Source of the DNA: an uncultured Thermoleophilia bacterium
GTDB taxonomy: Bacteria; Actinomycetota; Thermoleophilia; Gaiellales; Gaiellaceae
Assembly: GCA_963716435.1 (NCBI GenBank)
Contig: OY970312.1
Span: forward strand, 985,576-1,049,575
Direction of reading: 5' to 3'
Length of the DNA stretch: 64,000 nucleotides
Position numbers and translations under genes: made by a program. The notes under the pieces are model-generated. The model ran no database searches, was not told where the DNA came from, and worked only from the letters and a program-made list of their open reading frames with translations. Shown here in pieces: positions 18,022 to 27,938 of this stretch (position 1 is the first letter of the stretch; every line of letters begins with the position of its first letter).

Positions 18022-19302
18022 ATGACCGCTCATGCGACCTCGACCGTGGACGCGCCGGAGGGCGCCGATTCGCGTCCGCCGCTCCTCGACGACGGGTCGC
18101 TCGTCGTCCTCTCGTACTGCTTCCCGCCCATGTCGGTCGGGCCCGCGTTCATCCTCGAGCGCGTCCTCGGCCGGTACGACCTGGCCGACGTGCTCGTGTT
18201 CGCCGGCGACGCGCGCTCCTACGCCGAGCACACGGACGCCTTCGGCCGCACGAATGCGAAGGTCGTGCGCCGCGACGTGCCGCGCTGGTGGCCGCGCCGT
18301 GACCGGGAGATCCGGCTCGGGCCCGTGCGGATTCCGCTGCGCGTCCGCACGGCCGGGAACCTGCTCGTCGCGGTCCGGCTCGGCCTCGACGCTGCGCGGG
18401 CGCTGCGGCGTGACGAGGTGCGCGGACTGCTGGCCGTGTATCCCAAGCAGAGCTACCTCTTCGCGGCGTGCCTGGCGGCGCGTACGACGCGCAAGCCGTT
18501 CGCCGTCTACTTCACGGACGTCTACGTGGAGGGACTGCCGCGCGGCCGGCGCGTCGCGCGGCGGATCGAGCGCTACGTCGCCCGGCGGGCGTCGGTCGTG
18601 TTCGCGATGAGCGAGCCGCACCGCGAGCAGCTCGAAGAACGGCTGCGCGCGCACGGCGTCGCCGAGCCGCACGTCGTCGAGATCCCGCATCCGTACGTTG
18701 CGCCGGCGACCACAGTGGCGACGGAGCTTCCCGGCGAGCCGTCGATCCTCTTCACCGGGGCGATCTACGACGCGCAAGGCGATTCCATCCGGCGCCTCGT
18801 CGAGGCGCTCGACCTCCCGGAGCTCGAAGGGCTCGACCCGCGGCTGCACCTCTTCTCGCAGCTCGACCCGGAGGTGATCGCCGAGGAGGGCATCCGCGCC
18901 GGCGGCCGGGTGACGCTGCGCTCGGCGACGAGCGACGAGACTCTGGCCGCGCAGCGCGGGGCCGGGATCCTCTACCTGCCGATCGCGTTCGGCGCGCTCG
19001 AGGCGGTGCGCCAGACCGCGTCGCCGACGAAGCTCCCCGAGTACCTCGCGTCGGGTCGGCCGATCCTCGTGCACGCGCCGCCCGATGCGTACGTGTCGCG
19101 CTACGCCCGCGAGCACGGCTTCGCCGAGATTGTGGACGTGCCTGACCCGGCCGCGCTCGCGGCGGCCGTGCGGCGCCTCGCGACCGACGAGGCCCGCTGC
19201 GCCGAGCTGGTCGCAAAGGCGGAGGCGACGCTCGAGCGCCACCTCGCCGACCGCGTCGCGGCAACGTTCCGCGATGCGCTCGTCCGAGCTATGAGCGGCT
19301 GA
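18022..19302 (+). CDS. Putative glycosyltransferase (GT-B-like)
   Basis: 426-aa ORF in the glycan cluster. The C-terminal half resembles a GT-B nucleotide-sugar domain (SPTKLPEYLASGRPILVHAP). The family assignment is weak. Confidence 0.55.
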   Translation: MTAHATSTVDAPEGADSRPPLLDDGSLVVLSYCFPPMSVGPAFILERVLGRYDLADVLVFAGDARSYAEHTDAFGRTNAKVVRRDVPRWWPRRDREIRLGPVRIPLRVRTAGNLLVAVRLGLDAARALRRDEVRGLLAVYPKQSYLFAACLAARTTRKPFAVYFTDVYVEGLPRGRRVARRIERYVARRASVVFAMSEPHREQLEERLRAHGVAEPHVVEIPHPYVAPATTVATELPGEPSILFTGAIYDAQGDSIRRLVEALDLPELEGLDPRLHLFSQLDPEVIAEEGIRAGGRVTLRSATSDETLAAQRGAGILYLPIAFGALEAVRQTASPTKLPEYLASGRPILVHAPPDAYVSRYAREHGFAEIVDVPDPAALAAAVRRLATDEARCAELVAKAEATLERHLADRVAATFRDALVRAMSG

Positions 19303-20731
19303 GCGTTCGGCGGACACTCGCCACGTCGCCTCCGTGGACGAGGCCGAGCGGCCGCGCAAGGAGCAGCGCAACCGCCGCTCCGACGAGGTAGGTCGCCGTC
19401 GCGGGCGTGTCGGCGAGCTCGACGAGGCCGAACGGGATCCCGACCAGCGCGAGGCCGGCGACCGTCGCCGCGAGCGTCCCGAACCCGAATCCCCGTTGGT
19501 GGAGTGCGGCCACGAGTCCAGCGACCAGCACGGCCTCCCCCGCGAACGTCGCGAGCGCCGCCCACTCGACGCCGCCGGCCGGAACGGCGATCAGGTTCGT
19601 CGTCACGTTCACCACGGCAGCCGCCGCCGTCCAGACGACCGCCGCACGCGCCATCCCGATCGCCAGGAGATAGAGCGCGGTCAGGTAGTTGACCGCAATG
19701 AGGACGATCGAGGGCGAGAGCAGCGTCAGGAGCCGCGCCGCGCCGTCGAGGCTCGTGCCGTAGATCAGCTCCGTGACCGGATCGGCCAGGGCGAGCAGGA
19801 GGAGCGTGGCCGGAGCCAGCACGAAGACGAGCAGCCGCACGAGACGGCCGTAAAGGGCGTTTGCCCCTGCCGGATCGGGGGCGGCGAGCCGCGCGAACAC
19901 CGGGAACGCCGCCGTCGTGATCGCGCCAGCTGTGAGGAAGGTCGCGGCGTCCACGAGCCGGTAGGCGGCCGCGTAGTCACCGACCTCGGCCGCGCTGACG
20001 AGGAAGCCGAGCAGCACGACGTCCACGTGGGCGTAGACGCCGAGCAGCGTGTACGCGACCGCGATGGCCGGCGCCGTCCGCAGGAGGAGCCGCACCGACT
20101 CGGGTTCGAGCCGAGGGCGCGTGAGCCGGGCCTCTGTCCGGGTGAACGCGACGCTCAGCACCAGCCGGAGCAGGTAGGCGGCGACGTAGACGGCGAGGAT
20201 CCCCTCGAGGGACACGCCGGCCGCGGCCGCGACGATGACCCCGGCAAGGAGCGCGAGCGACGAGATGGCGTACGCGAGGTAGACGAGATCCTGCCGCTCG
20301 TGCCCGCGCAGGAACGACCAGTAGGCGTTCGTGACGGCGGCGAGGAGGATGACCGTCGCGAAGATCGCCACGGGCCTCGCGGTCCCGGACGGGAGCAGGT
20401 CGAGCAGCGCCGCCGCTCCGAGCGCTGCGTAACAGAGGATCGAGAGCACGATCCCGATCGCGAGCGCCGCGCCGAGGAATGCGTGCGCCCGTTCGCGGTT
20501 GGCCGCGACGAGCCGCGTTCCGGCGACCTGGAGCCCGACGTCCGAGAGGAGCAGCGCGAACCCGACCAGCGCGAGGACGAAGCTGAAGCGCCCGAACTCC
20601 GACGCCGAGACCGAGCGGGCGACGACGATCGCAGCGAGGAACGCGGCGCCCTTGCTGACTCCTTCGCCGACCACGCTGGCCAGGAGGTTCCGCACGAGGC
20701 GGCGCGGGTCGTAGGAGCGTTCGCCGGTCAC
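19289..20731 (-). CDS. Polysaccharide flippase (Wzx/MOP superfamily)
   Basis: About 12-14 TM helices. The start of the membrane domain (LLASVVGEGVSKGAAFLAAIVVARS) is typical of oligosaccharide flippases. GTG start 20731 overlaps the wecB stop (GTGA). Confidence 0.75.
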   Translation of the reverse strand: MTGERSYDPRRLVRNLLASVVGEGVSKGAAFLAAIVVARSVSASEFGRFSFVLALVGFALLLSDVGLQVAGTRLVAANRERAHAFLGAALAIGIVLSILCYAALGAAALLDLLPSGTARPVAIFATVILLAAVTNAYWSFLRGHERQDLVYLAYAISSLALLAGVIVAAAAGVSLEGILAVYVAAYLLRLVLSVAFTRTEARLTRPRLEPESVRLLLRTAPAIAVAYTLLGVYAHVDVVLLGFLVSAAEVGDYAAAYRLVDAATFLTAGAITTAAFPVFARLAAPDPAGANALYGRLVRLLVFVLAPATLLLLALADPVTELIYGTSLDGAARLLTLLSPSIVLIAVNYLTALYLLAIGMARAAVVWTAAAAVVNVTTNLIAVPAGGVEWAALATFAGEAVLVAGLVAALHQRGFGFGTLAATVAGLALVGIPFGLVELADTPATATYLVGAAVALLLARPLGLVHGGDVASVRRTLSRS

Positions 20732-21798
20732 GACGCGGCGAGCACGTCGACGATGCGCTCCGCCGCGTGCCCGTCCCAGAGCGGCGGCACCTGGGCCGGG
20801 CGACCGCCCGCCGCTAGCAATGCAGGCACCTCGCGGATCCGGGAAGGGTTGAGGCCGAGCAGCGTGTTTGTCCCCAGCTCGACCGTCACGGGCCGCTCGG
20901 TGGTCGAGCGCAGCGTGAAGCACGGGACGCCGAGGTAGGTCGTCTCCTCCTGGATCCCGCCCGAGTCGGTCAGCGCCGCGCCGGCGCCGGCGACCAGGCC
21001 GAGGAACTCCAGGTACGGCAGCGGGTCCAGCAGACGCAGGCCCGGAGGCGCCGAGAGCCCGAGCCGCTCCAGCGCGCCGCGCGTCCGCGGATGCGCCGGA
21101 AAGACGACGGGCAGCTCGCGGGCGAGATCGCCGAGCGCCGCGAACGCATCGGCGAGCAGCGGCCCGTCCACGAGCGCGGGGCGGTGAAGCGTCACGACCA
21201 CGTACTCGCCCGGCTTGAGCCCGTGGCGCGCCGGGGCGTCGAGCGCGTCGATCGCGGGGCGCAGGCGCACGAGCGTGTCGATCATCGTGTTCCCGACCTC
21301 GTGGATCTCGCCGATCGCGCCCTCGCGCTCCAGGTTCCCGCGCGCCTCCGGCGAGTGGGTGAAGAGGAGGTCGGAGATCGCGTCGGTGAGGATCCGGTTC
21401 AGCTCCTCGGGCATCGTGCGGTCGAACGAGCGCAGGCCCGCCTCGACGTGGCCGATCGGGATCCCGAGCTTCACCGCGGCGAGCGCGGCGGCGAGGGTCG
21501 AGTTCACGTCGCCGGGGACGAGCACGAGGTCCGGCTCCGTCTCGACCAGGACCGGCTCGATTCGCTCGAGCACGCGCGCGGTCTGCTCGCCGTGCGTGCC
21601 CGAGCCGACCTCGAGGAAGCGGTCGGGCTGCCCGGCGCCGAGCTCGTCGAAGAAGACCTGCGACATCGCGTCGTCGTAGTGCTGGCCCGTGTGGACGAGG
21701 ATCGTCTCGAAGCCGGGCCGCTCGTCGAGCGCCCGCTCGACCGGGGCCATCTTCATGAAGTTCGGCCTCGTCCCGACGACGAGGAGGACGCGTTTCAC
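20728..21798 (-). CDS. wecB: UDP-N-acetylglucosamine 2-epimerase (non-hydrolysing)
   Basis: VKRVLLVVGTRPNFMKMAP ... HTGQHYD ... GDVNSTLAAALAA ... HVEAGLRS motifs. GTG start 21798 overlaps the asnB stop (GTGA). Confidence 0.9.
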   Translation of the reverse strand: MKRVLLVVGTRPNFMKMAPVERALDERPGFETILVHTGQHYDDAMSQVFFDELGAGQPDRFLEVGSGTHGEQTARVLERIEPVLVETEPDLVLVPGDVNSTLAAALAAVKLGIPIGHVEAGLRSFDRTMPEELNRILTDAISDLLFTHSPEARGNLEREGAIGEIHEVGNTMIDTLVRLRPAIDALDAPARHGLKPGEYVVVTLHRPALVDGPLLADAFAALGDLARELPVVFPAHPRTRGALERLGLSAPPGLRLLDPLPYLEFLGLVAGAGAALTDSGGIQEETTYLGVPCFTLRSTTERPVTVELGTNTLLGLNPSRIREVPALLAAGGRPAQVPPLWDGHAAERIVDVLAAS

Positions 21799-23693
21799 TC
21801 CCAAACGCGCTCGTCGGGCCGTGCGAACGTGTCCACGTACGAGCGGAAGAAGATCTCGGTCATCGCCATCGTCCACAGCGCGTAGCCGTAGTCGCCGCGC
21901 CCGGAGCGGTGGCGTTCGAGCGCCGTCTTCGCGCCCTGCGGGTCGTAGACGCCGCGGCCCGCGAACGACTCGGACGAGAGGAGCCCGGCGACCTTGTCGC
22001 CGATCGGGCCGCGCAGCCAGTCGCGCAGCGGAACGGCGAGCCCGGTCTTCGGGAGATCGACCACCTCGGCGGGCAGCCGGCGCCGCGCGACCTCGCGGAG
22101 GAGCACCTTCAGCGTGCGTCCGTCGCGCTTCCACTTGACGGGGATGCCGCCGGCGAACTCGACGACGCGCCGGTCGAGGAACGGCGAGCGTCCGGCGATC
22201 GACGCGTACATGAACGTGCGATCGACCTTCAGGAGGTCGTTCGGCGGCAGATCCCAGCGGGTCTCCGCGTAGAGCAGCCGGTTCAGGTGGTCGGGCGACG
22301 TGCAGCGGTCGTACCGGGCGAGCGCCTCCGCCTCGGGATGCGAGCCGTTCGTCCGCCAGAGCGCCGTCTCGAGGAGGTCGCGGTGGCGGATCGGGAGGTC
22401 GTATTCGCGCATCGAGAGCCAGCGGCGCCGCTCGGGGATGCGGGCCGCGTGAAACCCCTTAGAGAGCCGTCGCGCTTTGCGGCTGCGGGTGACCGAATGG
22501 CCGAGATCGGCCGCCGCCGCGCCGACCGCCGCCAGCGGACGAGGAACCGAGCCCGCGAGCGAGTCGCCCAGCTGGCGCAGCGTCCCGGAGAACGCGTGGT
22601 CGCCGCCGTCCCCGGTGATCGCGGCCGTGATCTCGTCCGCCACGGAACGCGCTACGAGGTGGTTCGCGATCGCGGCGTCGTTCCAGAACGGCTGGTCGAC
22701 CATCCAGGGAACCTGGGCGGCGATCGCGAGCGGGTCGGCGTCGGAGAGCGGGATGACCGTGTGCGTTGTCCCGACATGGCGCGCGACGAGCCCCGCCGCC
22801 TCGGTCTCGTCGTCGGAGTCGCCGGTCGCGATCGTGAACGTCTTCAGATCGGGCTCGTGGTCGGCGATGAATGACGCGATGAGCGCCGAGTCGATCCCGC
22901 CGGAGAGGAGGAGGCCGTACGGCACGTCGCCCATGAGCCGCTGGCGCGTGACGTCCGAGAAGACCTCGGAGAAGCTCGCGATCGCGTCCTCGAACTCGCC
23001 CTCGAACACGGGGACGTCGTTGCAGTCCCAGTAGGCCTCCTCGGAGACGAGCCGGCCGTCCTCGAAGACGAGCGTGGTCGCCGGGAGCAGCATCCGCAGG
23101 TCGCGGAACATGGTGCGGTCCTCGACCACGTTTCCGAACCAGATCACGTCGAGGAGTCCGTGCTGGTCGAGCTCGCGCGACACCGACGGGTCGGCGAGGA
23201 TCGCCTTCGCCTCGCTCGCGAAGCGCACGACGCTGTCCTTCAGCATCCAGACCAGCGGCTTCTTGCCCAGCCGGTCGCGCGTGAGGATGAGGCGGCGGCG
23301 CGTCTCGTCCCACAGGCCGATCGCCCAGTTGCCCTCGAGCTCGGCGGTGAAGGCGGCGCCGTGCTCCTCGTAGAGGTGCGCGATCACCTCGGTGTCGCTC
23401 TGCGTCGAGAACCGGTGGCCGAGCGCCTCGAGGCGGACGCGCTGCTCCTTGTAGTTGTAGATCTCGCCGTTGAACACGACCCAGACGGTTCCGTCCTCGT
23501 TCGAGAGCGGCTGCTGGCCGGTGACGAGGTCGGTGAGCGTCAGCCGGCGATGGCCGAGCCCGGCGCCGTCGTGGATGCGGACGCCCTCGTGGTTCGGTCC
23601 GCGGTGCGCGAGCAGCGCGCACATGGCGAGGATCGTCTCGCGCTCGACTACCGCGCCCGGCCGGAAATCGACGATTCCGCATATCCCGCACAT
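21795..23693 (-). CDS. asnB: Asparagine synthase (glutamine-hydrolysing)-type amidotransferase
   Basis: N-terminal MCGICG nucleophile and an LLSGGIDSALIA PP-loop. Confidence 0.9.
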   Translation of the reverse strand: MCGICGIVDFRPGAVVERETILAMCALLAHRGPNHEGVRIHDGAGLGHRRLTLTDLVTGQQPLSNEDGTVWVVFNGEIYNYKEQRVRLEALGHRFSTQSDTEVIAHLYEEHGAAFTAELEGNWAIGLWDETRRRLILTRDRLGKKPLVWMLKDSVVRFASEAKAILADPSVSRELDQHGLLDVIWFGNVVEDRTMFRDLRMLLPATTLVFEDGRLVSEEAYWDCNDVPVFEGEFEDAIASFSEVFSDVTRQRLMGDVPYGLLLSGGIDSALIASFIADHEPDLKTFTIATGDSDDETEAAGLVARHVGTTHTVIPLSDADPLAIAAQVPWMVDQPFWNDAAIANHLVARSVADEITAAITGDGGDHAFSGTLRQLGDSLAGSVPRPLAAVGAAAADLGHSVTRSRKARRLSKGFHAARIPERRRWLSMREYDLPIRHRDLLETALWRTNGSHPEAEALARYDRCTSPDHLNRLLYAETRWDLPPNDLLKVDRTFMYASIAGRSPFLDRRVVEFAGGIPVKWKRDGRTLKVLLREVARRRLPAEVVDLPKTGLAVPLRDWLRGPIGDKVAGLLSSESFAGRGVYDPQGAKTALERHRSGRGDYGYALWTMAMTEIFFRSYVDTFARPDERVWE

Positions 23694-23696
23694 GGG

Positions 23697-24476
23697 CTAG
23701 GCGCGGCGCAGACGCCGCCGCGCGACTTCCTTTCCCACGATCCCGATGAACTGCGCGTTCGTGACGAGGTAGCGCCGGGCCAGGCGGCGCGGCTCCTGCA
23801 CGAGCCGGAAGAACCACTCGAGCCCGGCGGAGCGCATCCATTGGGGGGCGCGTCGTGTCACACCCGCGACGATATCGATCGAGCCCCCGACGCCCATGAC
23901 GAGCGGCACGCCGAGTGCGCGCCCGTGCTCGGCGAGGAAGTACTCCTTGCGCGGGGACGAGATGGCGACGAAGAGGATGTCCGGCTTCGCCGCGGCGATC
24001 TCTGCGGCCACGTTGGCGCTCTCGGAGTCGGGGAACCAGCCGTTGCGCGCTCCCGCGATCCGCAGGCCGGGGTAAGCGGCGTGCAGGTTCGCGACGGCCT
24101 GGTCGAGCACCTCCTGCTTCGCGCCGAGGATGTAGACGCCGAAGCCGCGCCGCTCCGCGAGGGCGAAGAGGCGGTACATGAGGTCGGTGCCGTTCACGCG
24201 CTCGGGCAGCGGGTCGCCGATCAGGCGCGACGCCCACACGACCGACTGGCCGTCCGCGCTCACGATCTCGCACTCCTCGACGATCGCGCGCAGCTTCGGG
24301 TCGTCGCGCAGCGTCACGATCTTCGCGGCGTTCACGCACACGTGCTGGACGAGGCGCCGCTCGTCGATCGCCCGCTCGAGGTGCGCGACGGTCTCGTCCG
24401 TCGTCAGGCGGTCCACGTGGACGCCGAGCACGTCAGCTCGGGTCGCCACGGGTCTCCAGATAGGTCGCGAGCGCAA
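23697..24476 (-). CDS. WecB/TagA/CpsF-family glycosyltransferase
   Basis: VLGVHVDRLTTDETV ... VNAAKIV ... ADGQSVVWASRL pattern of the TagA family. The start could be GTG 24446 rather than 24476. Confidence 0.8.
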   Translation of the reverse strand: MRSRPIWRPVATRADVLGVHVDRLTTDETVAHLERAIDERRLVQHVCVNAAKIVTLRDDPKLRAIVEECEIVSADGQSVVWASRLIGDPLPERVNGTDLMYRLFALAERRGFGVYILGAKQEVLDQAVANLHAAYPGLRIAGARNGWFPDSESANVAAEIAAAKPDILFVAISSPRKEYFLAEHGRALGVPLVMGVGGSIDIVAGVTRRAPQWMRSAGLEWFFRLVQEPRRLARRYLVTNAQFIGIVGKEVARRRLRRA

Positions 24477-25575
24477 GCAGCATGTGGGCGTCCGACCAGC
24501 GAACGTACGGGACGGAGTTGCGGCCGAGGTGGTAGCGCTGGAACGCGAACCGGCCGTCCCTGCGCCGCATGCGCCTGAGCGTCCAGTCGAGCGTCCGCTC
24601 GGCGGCCGGAAGGGCTCGTTCGTCCCGGGCGGCCAGGCGGCAGAGACCCGTGACCGCCGTCGCGCACGCGTGCGTGTCCACGGGATAGCGGGAGCCGAGC
24701 GTCGCCCGCGCCGCGCCGTCCGAGTCCACGAGCCGGGTGAGGAAGAGGTCGAGGCCGCATTCGATCACGTCGTCCACGGCGGGTTGGCTCGCGACGCGCG
24801 ACCAGCGGTCGAGACTCTCGAGCACGTAGACGGTGTGGTAGCCGTCCACGAAGCCGACCCGCTCGCCCTCGCCGTACGGCCACGACCCGTCCGGGCGCTG
24901 GCGCGAGACCGAGTAGGCGACGGCGTCCGCGGCCGCCTGCCATTCGTTCGAGCCGGGCTCGCCGCTCCGCGCGATGAGGCCCGCCACGAGGAGGCTCGAG
25001 TTGTGCACCGCCGCGGGGGCGCCCGTGTAGTAGGCGAAGTAGCGCTCGCGGCCCGATTCGACGAGGAGCTGCGAGAGCGCGAACCGGCGCGCGCCGGCGA
25101 CGAGCTCCGCGTGCTTCGGATCGCCCACGTCGAGGAGGGCGTGCGCCGCGAAGGTCGTGACGACCGCGTTCGGCGTCCCGGCCGGGTAGTACGTCCAGCG
25201 CGTCTGCACGTCGAAGTCGTAGCCCCAACTCGTCTCGCCGTTGCGCGTGGTCGCCGCGGCCGCGACCTCGTCCGCGAGCCGGCGGGCGAGATCCTCGCGG
25301 CCCAGGCGCATGCTGGCCGATGCTGCGAGCGCGAGCGCCTTCGTGTGGCGGCGCTTCGGCACGCCGATGACCGGGCGCAGGTTGACGGGGGAGCGCTTCA
25401 CGACGTTCGAGGCGACGAAGCGCAGCGTCCGGGTCCGCGCGACCGTGCGGAGCGCCGGTGAGGAAAGCGCATCCCAGGGATCCCAGCCGGAGAAGCTCTC
25501 GCGCTCGAGCGCTGCGAGAAGCTCGCCGGAGGCCGTCCGCACCTGGACGAGCCGGTCGGCCGTCACGGGGGGCAC
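24433..25575 (-). CDS. Hypothetical protein of the glycan cluster
   Basis: 380-aa ORF sitting between the priming transferase and the TagA-like gene on the same strand. Helical-repeat character. No family recognised. Confidence 0.55.
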   Translation of the reverse strand: MPPVTADRLVQVRTASGELLAALERESFSGWDPWDALSSPALRTVARTRTLRFVASNVVKRSPVNLRPVIGVPKRRHTKALALAASASMRLGREDLARRLADEVAAAATTRNGETSWGYDFDVQTRWTYYPAGTPNAVVTTFAAHALLDVGDPKHAELVAGARRFALSQLLVESGRERYFAYYTGAPAAVHNSSLLVAGLIARSGEPGSNEWQAAADAVAYSVSRQRPDGSWPYGEGERVGFVDGYHTVYVLESLDRWSRVASQPAVDDVIECGLDLFLTRLVDSDGAARATLGSRYPVDTHACATAVTGLCRLAARDERALPAAERTLDWTLRRMRRRDGRFAFQRYHLGRNSVPYVRWSDAHMLLALATYLETRGDPS

Positions 25576-25585
25576 GGCCCGTTCG

Positions 25586-27121
25586 CTAGTAGGCGCCGCG
25601 GACGTTGAAAAGCACCGGGATCGTCCGCACGAGGAGCTTCAGGTCGTAGCCGAGCGACCAGCCCGTCACGTACAGGTAGTCGAGCTTGACCATCTCCTCG
25701 AACGGGATGTCCGAGCGGCCGAGCACCTGCCATGGGCCGGTCATCCCGGGCCGCAGGTCGAGCCGCCGGCGCCCCCAGCTGTCCACGTTGCAGTCCTCGT
25801 CGAGCGGCAGCGGCCGCGGGCCGACGAGGCTCATCTCGCCGCGCAGCACGTTCCAAAGCTGCGGCAGCTCGTCGAGCGACGTCCGGCGGAGGAAGCGGCC
25901 CACGCGGGTTACGCGCGGGTCGTTCTTCGCCTTGAACATGCTTCCGTTGGAACCGTGCGTGTTCAGGTGCGCGACGTCGGCGCGGCGCTCGTCGGCGCCG
26001 GGGGCCATCGTGCGGAACTTGAGGATCGTGAACGTCCGGTCGCGTGCGCCCATCCGCACCTGGCGGAAGAGCACCGGGCCGCGCGAGCCGAGCTTCACGG
26101 CCACCGCGATCCCGAGGAAGACCGGCGACAAAACGACGAGTCCGAGCGACGCGAGCGTGACGTCGAGGGTGCGCTTGAGCAGCCGCGACGAGGGCGAGAG
26201 CCGCAGCGGCGGGAGGCTGACGAGCGGCATCCCCTCGAGCGTGTGGATGCCCGCGTTCGACGAGACGAGCTCGAAGAGCCGCGGCACGACGTCCACTTGC
26301 ACCTCGACGCCCTTGAGCGAGCGGACGAGGTCGAGGGTCTCCTCGCTCGACTCCTCCGAGAAGCCGATGATCACGCGCTCGACGTCGAGGGCGTAGACGA
26401 TCTCGAGCAGCCGGTCCGGCCCGCCGAGCATCTGAAGATGGCCGACGTCTTCGTGCAGCTCGTTCGGCTGCGAGTCCACGAAGCCGACCAGGTTGATCCC
26501 GTACTCGGGGTGCCGGAGGATCTTGCGCGCGGCCAATTGGCCCACCTCGTCGGCGCCGACGATCACGGTGTTCTGGAGGTAGCTGACCGTGCGCCGGCAG
26601 TAGGTGCGCGCGGCCGCGCGGCCCAGGATTACGAGCACGATCCCGAGGCCCCAGAAGAGGCCGAGCTTGAAGAGGTCCGGCTCAGCGGCCCCGGTCGCCC
26701 AGGCGCCGATGAAGAAGATCCACGTCCCCACCGTGACGAGGTGGAAGACGCCCGAGAGGTCGTCCACGGTCGTGTGGTCGGTGCGCTCCTCGTCCCGGTC
26801 GTACAGGCCGTACAGCTTGGCCAGCACGATCCACGCCGGCAGCGTTGCGAGGAAGAGCAGCGTTTCGGTTCCGCGCCCGAGGGCGCCGTTCAAGTCGCTT
26901 TGGCCGCTTGCGATCGCCTGCGCGACGAAGAACGCGAGCGCGAGGCCGAGCACGTCGGCGAGCAGGAGCGCGCGGCGGACGAGCCACCCGCGGTGCCGCA
27001 GGCCGCCCGTTTGCCGGCGGTGCTCGAGGATCTCGAGCGTGCGCGCGTCGGCGCTGGCCAAGAGGCTTGGTTGCGCGACGACCTGGTCCTCGCGCGGGGC
27101 CGGTTTGAACCCTCCTGTCAA
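25586..27121 (-). CDS. Polyprenyl-phosphate sugar phosphotransferase (WbaP/EpsB-type priming enzyme)
   Basis: C-terminal bacterial sugar transferase domain (LKRTLDV ... ILKFRTM ... DPRVTRVGRFLRRTSLDELPQLWNVLRGEMSLVGPRP). Start placed at TTG 27121, preceded by AAGGAG 7 nt upstream. The ORF remains open to 27721 but that upstream part is low-complexity. Confidence 0.85.
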   Translation of the reverse strand: MTGGFKPAPREDQVVAQPSLLASADARTLEILEHRRQTGGLRHRGWLVRRALLLADVLGLALAFFVAQAIASGQSDLNGALGRGTETLLFLATLPAWIVLAKLYGLYDRDEERTDHTTVDDLSGVFHLVTVGTWIFFIGAWATGAAEPDLFKLGLFWGLGIVLVILGRAAARTYCRRTVSYLQNTVIVGADEVGQLAARKILRHPEYGINLVGFVDSQPNELHEDVGHLQMLGGPDRLLEIVYALDVERVIIGFSEESSEETLDLVRSLKGVEVQVDVVPRLFELVSSNAGIHTLEGMPLVSLPPLRLSPSSRLLKRTLDVTLASLGLVVLSPVFLGIAVAVKLGSRGPVLFRQVRMGARDRTFTILKFRTMAPGADERRADVAHLNTHGSNGSMFKAKNDPRVTRVGRFLRRTSLDELPQLWNVLRGEMSLVGPRPLPLDEDCNVDSWGRRRLDLRPGMTGPWQVLGRSDIPFEEMVKLDYLYVTGWSLGYDLKLLVRTIPVLFNVRGAY

Positions 27122-27257
27122 CCGCTCTCCTTCTGCGCAGTGGGCGCCTCCGCGATCGGGCCGTCGCGGACTGTCGGCGAGGAAACTATACGAGGTTGAA
27201 TCCCTGGATAACAGTGGGTTTTGTAAGAACATACGCAAGTTCGGTTGACACGGATCA

Positions 27258-27761
27258 GTGCTCGCCCGACCATGGTGGCTCGTGCGCCGTCCCGCCTTCC
27301 TCGCCGTCGTTTCCGCCGCCGCAGCGCTCCTGGCGCCGGGCGTTGCACTTGCGGCCGGGCCTCCGGACGACCTTTCCGGCGTCGACCAGTACGTCGAGGA
27401 CATCCCGACGAGCGAAGGCCCGAAGCCCGCAGGCAGCGGCGGCAAAGCGTCCGGCAATCCCCTTCCGCCGACGGTGACGCAGTCGCTCGCCGACGAGGGC
27501 GGCTCGGACGCGGCGGCGCTCGAGGCGATCGCAACCGATCCGTCGCTCGGCGCTCCCGGGGAGGATCTCTCGGGACGCGTCGCCGTCGGTCCCGCGGGCG
27601 AGGCCGAGGACGTCTCGCTCGGCTCTGCGCTCTCCGGCGGATTCGGCGCGCTCAGAGGCGCCGACGGGCGTGGCAGCGGAGGCGTTCTGCTGCTCGTCCT
27701 GGTCGGCCTGACCACGGTCATCGTGGTCGCCGCCGCCCGCCGCTCGCGCCGCCGTCTTTAG
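27258..27761 (+). CDS. Secreted hypothetical protein with a C-terminal TM anchor and poly-Arg tail
   Basis: Signal peptide (AFLAVVSAAAALLAPGVALA). G/A/D/P-rich body. C-terminal GGVLLLVLVGLTTVIVVAAA followed by RRSRRRL. Confidence 0.5.
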   Translation: MLARPWWLVRRPAFLAVVSAAAALLAPGVALAAGPPDDLSGVDQYVEDIPTSEGPKPAGSGGKASGNPLPPTVTQSLADEGGSDAAALEAIATDPSLGAPGEDLSGRVAVGPAGEAEDVSLGSALSGGFGALRGADGRGSGGVLLLVLVGLTTVIVVAAARRSRRRL

Positions 27762-27938
27762 TACCAGACGGCACGAAGAACCTACGCAGGGCTTCATGAG
27801 CTTTGGCTAGGGTCGCCCGCTTGGCGCCTTCCGAGGGGCGCCTCGGCCCGGTGTGGTTGCGACTTCGCTCACCGGGCCTCGTCCGTTCTCACCTCCCAAC
27901 CAGAGCGGGCGCGCCATGCAAACGAACGAAGGGGGTCT

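Noticed and set aside
27762-27938. Possible c-di-AMP (ydaO-type) riboswitch in the 177-nt leader of the Rpf-like gene, as is known upstream of rpf genes in some actinobacteria.
   Set aside because: I could not find the conserved ydaO core motifs (ACGGGG, GGUGAAUC, CCGAA-type segments). I saw only GC hairpins (for example CCGAGG-GGCG-CCTCGG at 27831-27846), which may simply terminate the upstream gene. A covariance-model scan (Rfam RF00379) would settle it.
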